Positions 58,199-64,000 of a stretch of 64,000 bases of DNA are shown here, piece after piece; position 1 is the first letter of the stretch, and every line of letters begins with the position of its first letter. Source of the DNA: Phycisphaerales bacterium (GTDB taxonomy: Bacteria; Planctomycetota; Phycisphaerae; Phycisphaerales; SM1A02); the NCBI GenBank assembly GCA_018883105.1, contig VEQS01000001.1:2161-66160 (forward strand), read 5' to 3'. Position numbers and translations under genes: made by a program. Under the pieces are notes generated by a model. That model was not told where the DNA came from, made no database searches, and saw only the letters and a program-made list of their open reading frames with translations.

Positions 58199-60051
58199 GT
58201 GTCGAGACCTCCCTACCAACCCCATATTGATGGGCTGCGAGCATTCGCGGTGCTCGCCGTACTGGTGTTTCACCTCGACCGTACCGTCCTGCCGGGCGGT
58301 TTTGTCGGCGTAGATGTGTTTTTCGTCATCTCGGGCTATCTGATCACCTCGATTGTGGCCCATGAGAAGGAGTCAGGCGCCTTCAGCTTGGCCCGCTTCT
58401 ACCAACGGAGAGTCGCCCGGATCCTCCCGGCCGCGTTCGTAGTGATTGCGGCCACGTTGGTTGCCACCTGGCTGTCGTTTACCGTCACTGACTCATCGTC
58501 GACCGGTGCGGGGGCAGTAGCGGCAGTGCTGTCCATGGCGAACGTCAAGTTTGCGATGCAAGGTGATTACTTCAAGATGTCGCCGGACGCTCAGCCCTTG
58601 TTGCACTACTGGTCACTGTCGCTCGAGGAGCAGTTCTATCTGTTTTTCCCCTCATGGTCTGCTGTGCGTGGCGCTTCGCTCACCCTCGCGCCTGGCTGAT
58701 CGGACTACTTGCCGCGACCGCACTCCTGAGTCTCGTTGCTTGCATCGCCGCCACGCCCCTTCACCCGACATGGGCTTTCTACCTGCTTCCAACGCGCGCT
58801 TGGGAGTTGCTCGCCGGCGCAATCCTGGCCATGGCGCCGACTCGACGGCCTGAGTCAGGCTGCCTCTCCCAAGGATGCCCCGGAAGCTGGCTAGCGATCG
58901 CCGGCGCTGCAGGACTGGTGGGCTCAGTAAGCCTGCTTCACGAAGGCCCGCACTTTCCTGGATTCGTCGCCCTGATTCCCGTCTTGGCAACCGTAGCGAC
59001 AATCCGATGGGGACCAACTTCGCCTTTGTTGCGCCCAGTGCTTTGCAGTCCAATTGTCCGCGCGATTGGACGGATCTCATTCTCGCTGTATCTCTGGCAT
59101 TGGCCCGTCTACTGCTTGGTGGACTACATCTGCTGTACGGAGTCCCCAATGACTCGCCTCGCGCTCAAGACGAGTGTCACCATTGCGCTCAGTGTGTGCT
59201 GCTATGTGGCGGTCGAGCTGCCTGCACGACGCTGGCTCGGAGATCCGACGAGGCGCCGACCGGCATTCGCATTGGCAGGCATCTCAATGCTGGCTCTGGT
59301 GACATGCGGATTGATGCAATGGGACCGGGCGTTCGTGACGGTGCCGCGATCGAGCCTCGCAAACGGCGGCGTCCTGGTGAACGGCGGCGCAGACCGGCCC
59401 AGAATTGCACTGATCGGAGACAGCATGGCCGGCGTGTACTCCTCAATGCTTCGAAGTCTGGCGTTTGAGCAGGGGTTCCAGATGAACGTGATGGCGGTCA
59501 CCTCGGAGAACCCGATCCCTCCGAGCCCGTTGTACATGGAACTTCGCGAACAAGTCCAGCGATTACGCCCCGACGTCGTGATCTTTTCAACCGGGTGGAC
59601 CCGGGGCGACAATCCGACACCCGTACACGAGGTTACGAAGATCATTTCCAAAGACATCGCTCCGCTGTGCTCGGCAGTCGTCCTGATCGCCAACCCACCG
59701 TTTCTGCCCATGGACTACCGCGAGTGGATGCGATCAACGGGCAAGAAAACGATCCGGGAGCGAGAGTCGGATCGCCGGGCGAGGTTGGCCGCCAATGCCG
59801 CCTTGGGTGCGGGCGCCGATTCGACACTGAACTACCTTGATCCTGAGCCCTCGTTGATTGATGCCGAGGGCAGCATCCGGCTACTTGATGAACAGCTTCC
59901 TGGAAGGCCGTTCCTCTACCAAGACCGAGTACACCTCACGGAACATGGCACGCGAAGCCTCGAACACGAGCTTCGAGGAATCTTGGCCGCGGTACGCAAG
60001 CAGTGGGATGCACGCCGCAGGAAAGCGGAACCGAACAGTGCGGGGCAATGA
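58199..60051 (+). pseudogene. OafA/YrhL-type O-acyltransferase (AT3 domain plus SGNH domain), split by a -1 frameshift near 58649-58654
   Basis: ORF 58199..58699 carries IDGLRAFAVLAVLVFH, VDVFFVISGYLI and HYWSLSLEEQFYLFFP. ORF 58654..60051 continues the AT3 TM helices and ends with SGNH motifs (LIGDSM, DRVHLTEHG). Joining them requires a -1 shift in the T5C4 run. Confidence 0.8.
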
Positions 60052-60107
60052 CGGCCTGAAGCTGCCGGCGCCGCTGAGGCCGGGACCACGCGTCCTAGAC
60101 TCCGCGC

Positions 60108-61187
60108 ATGAACCTCGCCGCGGCGCTCGCGTCGGTCGTCCTCCTCGCCTCGCACGATCCGGCGTCCGTCGCCGCCGCGGCCGACGGTCCGGCCCGCGCG
60201 CCGAAAGTCGCCCGCGCGATCGAGCGTGCCGGCCCCAACGCCCCGGAGATCGAGCGCGCCCTCGCGGACGTCGAGCCTGCCCTCGCCGCGGACATGGCGT
60301 GGCTCGTGGCCACCATGCCCGAGGTCGACCTGCGCGCGCTGAAGGCCGACTACCTCCTGAAGAACGTCCGGCTGGCCGACCGCGCGCGACGCGATGCACC
60401 CTGGGGCAAGGACCTCCCGGAATCGATCTACCGCCAGTACGTGCTGCCCTACGCGAGCGTCAACGAGCGCCGCGACGACTGGCGGCAGGACTTCCTCGAC
60501 CGCTTCTCGAAGGAGGCCTGGAAGTTCAAGGACCCGATCGACGCGGTGAAGTGGATCAACGACCGCCTGCCGGACATGCTGAAGGTCCACTTCCACGCCG
60601 AGAAGCGGAAGAAGCCCGACCAGTCCCCCTACGAGAGCATGGAGCTCGGGTGGGCAAGCTGCACGGGCCTGAGCATCCTGGTGATCGACGCCTGCCGCGC
60701 GTGCGGGATTCCCGCGCGCATGGTCGGTTGCCCTGCGTGGAAGAAGGTGCAGGGCAACCACAACTGGGTCGAGGCGTGGTGGAACCGCTGGTACAACGTC
60801 GGCGACTCGGGCAGCGACCCGCGCGGCGTCGACTGGGTGGACGAACGCTGCCGCACCGAGACCGACCCCGACGACTGGGTGCACGCGGTCTACGCCGCGG
60901 TGTGGCGGCCGACCAACGTGAAGTACCCGCTCGTCTGGGCGTTCGAGATCGAGTGGGTGCCTGCGCTCAACATCACGCGCTTCTACAGCGACCCGGTCGA
61001 CCACGCCTTCGAGGTGCCGGGCGGCGGTGCCGCCGACGTCGAGGTCATGTGGGGCGGCGAGCTGATCGCCCGCGCAAAGGCCGGCGCCGACGGCAAGGCG
61101 ATGCTGCCGCTGGCGCGTGGCTGCCAGTTCGACGTCGTCGTGCGGCGTGCGGACGGGACGGCGGCGACGAGCGTGGTGAAGCCCTGA
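60108..61187 (+). CDS. Transglutaminase-like cysteine protease-fold protein (secreted)
   Basis: Signal peptide MNLAAALASVVLLA. Catalytic-type Cys context GWASCTGLSILVIDACRACGIPAR, then NHNWVEAWW (His) and a downstream Asp. Confidence 0.75.
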   Translation: MNLAAALASVVLLASHDPASVAAAADGPARAPKVARAIERAGPNAPEIERALADVEPALAADMAWLVATMPEVDLRALKADYLLKNVRLADRARRDAPWGKDLPESIYRQYVLPYASVNERRDDWRQDFLDRFSKEAWKFKDPIDAVKWINDRLPDMLKVHFHAEKRKKPDQSPYESMELGWASCTGLSILVIDACRACGIPARMVGCPAWKKVQGNHNWVEAWWNRWYNVGDSGSDPRGVDWVDERCRTETDPDDWVHAVYAAVWRPTNVKYPLVWAFEIEWVPALNITRFYSDPVDHAFEVPGGGAADVEVMWGGELIARAKAGADGKAMLPLARGCQFDVVVRRADGTAATSVVKP

Positions 61188-61188
61188 G

Positions 61189-61401
61189 ATGCGGGTCCGC
61201 CGGCTCCTGCGGCCGGTCCTGTTCCTTGCCTACCTCGCGGCGTACGGATCGTTCATCGGCGTCACGGTCATGGCGCCCGACGTGCTGGCGACGCCGGCCC
61301 CGGGCGGCGTGAACCTCGCGGTGGCTTGGGGGATGGGGCTCATCCTGCTTGCCTTCATCACCGCCATCGCGGCCCTCGCCATGCCGGAGGAGGACCGTTG
61401 A
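61189..61401 (+). CDS. DUF485 (YjcH-like) small membrane protein
   Basis: 70 aa, two TM, immediately upstream of and overlapping the actP-like gene, as in yjcH-actP pairs. Confidence 0.7.
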   Translation: MRVRRLLRPVLFLAYLAAYGSFIGVTVMAPDVLATPAPGGVNLAVAWGMGLILLAFITAIAALAMPEEDR

Positions 61402-63113
61402 GCGCCGGCGCGGACTGGGTCTCGATCGGCGTCTTCGCCGCGTTCACCGCGGGCGTGCTTGCGCTCAGCTCGATGCTCGGCCGCCGCGCGAAGGGCGCGC
61501 AGGGCTACTTCGCGGCCCACGGGCAGGTCGGCTGGTTCGTGAACGGCATTGCGTTCGCGGGCGACTACCTCTCGGCGGCGAGCTTCCTCGGCATCTGCGG
61601 GCTGATCGCGTTCTGGGGGTATGACGGGTTCCTGTACTCCATCGGGTACCTCGCGGGATGGATCGTGGCGCTCCTCGTGGTGGCGGAGCCGATCCGCCGC
61701 CTCGGCCGCTACACCTTCGCCGACGCGCTGAACGCGCGCTTCGGCTCGCGCACCGTGACCGTGGCCGCGGGCGTCAGCACGCTCCTCGTGAGCCTCTTCT
61801 ACCTCGTGCCGCAGATGGTGGGGGCCGGGGCGCTCATCACGCCGCTCCTCGGCGTGCCGCACTGGGTGGGTGTCGTGCTGGTCGGCGCCGTGGTCACCTT
61901 CATCGTGGCCACCGCCGGGATGGTGAGCACGACGTGGGTGCAGTTCATCAAGGGCGGGCTGCTGCTTGCGCTCTGCACGGTGCTGGTGGGGCTGATCCTC
62001 GGGCGCGGGTTCGAGGTGCGCGACCCCGGGCCCGCGCGCGATGCGCCGGCGCGCGGCGTCGGGAGCGTGACGGCGCTGCCGGCATGGGCGGTGCCAGGCG
62101 AAGGATCCGATGCCGCGCCCGGACCGGACGGCATGGTGCGCACCGAGGGCGCGCGCACCGGCCCGCTCGGACCCATCGAGTTCCTGCGCGTGTTCTCGGC
62201 GAGCGAGGTCGCCGCCTGGCGCATCGCGAAAGACCCAACTCCGGATGGCGCCACGCGGAGCATCGCGCGGCCCGAGCGCATCGCCGGCAGCGACCTCCTG
62301 CTTCCCGGGAACAGCCCGACCTTCCGAGGGCTGCGGTCCGGAAGCGTGATGGACCGCGTGGACTTCGCGTCATTGATGCTTGCGCTCTTCCTCGGCACCG
62401 CGAGCCTGCCGCACATCCTGATCCGCTACTACACGGTGAAGGACGTGCGCAGCGCGCGCCTGAGCACCGTGGTGGGGATCGGCGCGATCGGCGGCTTCTA
62501 CGTGCTGACGCTCTACCTCGGCCTCGGGGCGATGACCGGCGGCAACCTCGACACGGGCGACAGCAACATGTCCGCCCCGCTCCTGGCGCGCAGCTTCGGC
62601 AGCGTGCTCTTCGCGCTGATCTCGAGCGTCGCGTTCTTCACGGTGCTCGGCACCGTGAGCGGCCTGGTGCTCGCCGGCAGCGGCGCCGTGGCCCGCGACC
62701 TCGTGACCACGGCCATCGGCCGGATGCCCGACGAACGGTCGCAGGTGCGGATCGCGCGCATCGCGGCGGTGGCCCTCGGCGCCGGCGCGATGCTGCTTGG
62801 GTTCCTGTTCCGCGACCTGAACGCCTCGTTCCTGGTCGGCTGGGCGTTCAACGTCGCGGCGAGCGCCAACCTTCCGGCGCTGGTGATGGCGCTCTTCTGG
62901 AAGCGCGCGACCGCTGCCGGCGTGTCCGCCGCCATCATCACCGGCCTCGTGTCGAGCCTGGCCTGGGTGCTCGTGTCGAAGGACGCCTGCGAGAAGGTCT
63001 ACGGGTTGCCGGGCGCGGATGCACTGGCGCCCTTCAGCCAGCCGGCCATCGTGACCATCCCGCTCAGCGCCGCGGTGGGGGTGGCGGTGTCGCTCCTGGC
63101 GCGCCGCGCCTAG
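61398..63113 (+). CDS. actP: Cation/acetate symporter ActP-like (SSF family)
   Basis: GYFAAHGQVGWFVNGIAFAGDYLSAASFLGICGLI and GTASLPHILIRYYTV motifs. TTG 61398 overlaps the upstream stop as TTGA, with GGAGGAGGA just upstream. Confidence 0.85.
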   Translation: MSAGADWVSIGVFAAFTAGVLALSSMLGRRAKGAQGYFAAHGQVGWFVNGIAFAGDYLSAASFLGICGLIAFWGYDGFLYSIGYLAGWIVALLVVAEPIRRLGRYTFADALNARFGSRTVTVAAGVSTLLVSLFYLVPQMVGAGALITPLLGVPHWVGVVLVGAVVTFIVATAGMVSTTWVQFIKGGLLLALCTVLVGLILGRGFEVRDPGPARDAPARGVGSVTALPAWAVPGEGSDAAPGPDGMVRTEGARTGPLGPIEFLRVFSASEVAAWRIAKDPTPDGATRSIARPERIAGSDLLLPGNSPTFRGLRSGSVMDRVDFASLMLALFLGTASLPHILIRYYTVKDVRSARLSTVVGIGAIGGFYVLTLYLGLGAMTGGNLDTGDSNMSAPLLARSFGSVLFALISSVAFFTVLGTVSGLVLAGSGAVARDLVTTAIGRMPDERSQVRIARIAAVALGAGAMLLGFLFRDLNASFLVGWAFNVAASANLPALVMALFWKRATAAGVSAAIITGLVSSLAWVLVSKDACEKVYGLPGADALAPFSQPAIVTIPLSAAVGVAVSLLARRA

Positions 63114-63122
63114 CCTGACGGA

Positions 63123-63665
63123 ATGCCCCACATCACGCTTCCCACCGACGCTCCCGGCATCCGCGGCCCGCTCGCGTTCCGCCCGGACGCGGCGAAGCAC
63201 CTGCTTGGCCTCGCCGAGACGATCCTGCGCCAGCCCGCCAGCCTCGAGCCCGGCGAGCGCGAGACGATCGCGGCGTGGACCTCGCACCTGAACGGGTGCA
63301 AGTTCTGCATGAAGTCCCACGCGGCCGCGGCGCGCGCCTGGCTCGGCAGCGAACGGAGCGCTGCGCTCGACCGGCTGCTCGCCGCCGAGGACGCAGACGG
63401 CTTCTCCCCGAAGATGCAGGCGCTCCTCGAGCTCTCGCGGGCGCTCCAGGGCTGCGTGCTGGGCGTGACACCCGAGCACGTCGCGCGTGCCCGCGCCGCC
63501 GGCGCGAGCGACCACGACATCCACGACACCGTCCTCATCACGGCGGCGTTCTGCATGTACAACCGCTACGTCGAGGGCCTCGGCACGCGCGAGGCCGAGG
63601 AGCACGAGTACGAGCTGACGGGGCGCCGGCTGCGCGACCAGGGGTACGCCCCGGGGCGGGACTAG
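63123..63665 (+). CDS. AhpD/carboxymuconolactone-decarboxylase-family peroxidase-related protein
   Basis: LEPGERETIAAWTSHLNGCKFCMKSH (CxxC...H motif of the CMD family). 180 aa. Confidence 0.75.
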   Translation: MPHITLPTDAPGIRGPLAFRPDAAKHLLGLAETILRQPASLEPGERETIAAWTSHLNGCKFCMKSHAAAARAWLGSERSAALDRLLAAEDADGFSPKMQALLELSRALQGCVLGVTPEHVARARAAGASDHDIHDTVLITAAFCMYNRYVEGLGTREAEEHEYELTGRRLRDQGYAPGRD

Positions 63666-63713
63666 CGGACGACGGGAGGGGCCGAGGCCTGCGCAGCACG
63701 CCCCGATGCCCGA

Positions 63714-64000
63714 TCAATCGGTGACGACGCTGCGCCGCACGGGCCGGCCGGGCTTGGATGCCACGTCAAGCCTGCCGTCCTGGATCAGCAGCGTGCCGTT
63801 CACCACCAGGTGACGGATTCCCTCGGACGGCTGCGCCGAGCGGTCGGGCGTGGCCCGGTCGCGCACGTTGTCCGGGTCGATGACGGCGATGTCCGCATCC
63901 ATGCCGGCCTGCAGGCGGCCCTTCCGCTTCATCTGCGGCACGCTGTCCTCCAGGATCTTCGCGGGGACGATCGTGATCTTGCGGATGGCGTCGATCCACG
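63714..64000 (-). CDS. Amidohydrolase-family protein (D-aminoacylase/dihydroorotase-like), C-terminal fragment truncated by the window edge
   Basis: GRLQAGMDADIAVIDPD...VVNGTLLIQDG is a typical C-terminal beta-sandwich segment of metal-dependent amidohydrolases. The ORF continues beyond 64000. Confidence 0.6.
   Translation of the reverse strand, partial: WIDAIRKITIVPAKILEDSVPQMKRKGRLQAGMDADIAVIDPDNVRDRATPDRSAQPSEGIRHLVVNGTLLIQDGRLDVASKPGRPVRRSVVTD

Overview
High-GC (about 70% by hand counts on sample lines), densely coded bacterial chromosomal segment with about 55 protein-coding genes. I saw no rRNA, tRNA, CRISPR array or transposase. Start codons are my own calls from motifs, signal peptides, RBS and stop/start overlaps, and many differ from the ORF-track starts. 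The very long Arg/Ala/Pro-rich ORFs antisense to recognisable genes are artefacts of stop-codon-poor high-GC DNA.

Content, left to right:
- GldA/F/G-like ABC-2 exporter plus a DUF4340 protein (232-4702).
- Hybrid histidine kinase and a SYLF/DUF500 lipoprotein.
- A large, divergently arranged secretin / pseudopilin / PilMNOP-like / GspE-GspF cluster (7176-21563). It includes a pilotin-like TPR lipoprotein, a membrane-anchored alpha/beta hydrolase, and a major pseudopilin with an unusually long Asn/Thr-rich leader.
- Ser/Thr kinase with a PEGA domain, a stand-alone HFCD flavoprotein, and an SPC-motif P1B ATPase.
- Three uncharacterised exported or unknown proteins (26356-29715), lying downstream of a co-directional array: ECF-type sigma -> TPR Ser/Thr kinase -> GH38 alpha-mannosidase -> Na/solute symporter -> GH2 beta-mannosidase (29807-40369).
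- Dockerin-like secreted protein, a lower-GC intergenic region with a strong hairpin terminator, and a peptidoglycan amidase plus a coupled micro-membrane protein.
- gyrB, an ECF sigma/anti-sigma pair, and queC translationally coupled to a MoxR ATPase.
- Chaperone block groEL1-groES-groEL2-dnaJ-grpE, preceded by a consensus-matching sigma-54 -24/-12 motif.
- FmdB zinc-ribbon protein and RNase R.
- A lower-GC (about 55-58%) island carrying a frameshifted OafA-type acyltransferase.
- Transglutaminase-like protein, DUF485 plus ActP, an AhpD/CMD-family protein, and a truncated amidohydrolase at the window edge.

The dockerin-like repeats, pseudopilin richness and GC content suggest Planctomycetota (Phycisphaerae-like). 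That taxonomic guess is inference only.

Most worth a second look:
- the T2SS/T4P-chimeric cluster and its 38-residue prepilin leader;
- the sigma/kinase-headed mannoside locus and its three unknown downstream genes;
- the sigma-54 motif in front of groEL1;
- the frameshift at a U_UUC_CCC heptamer in the low-GC acyltransferase island.
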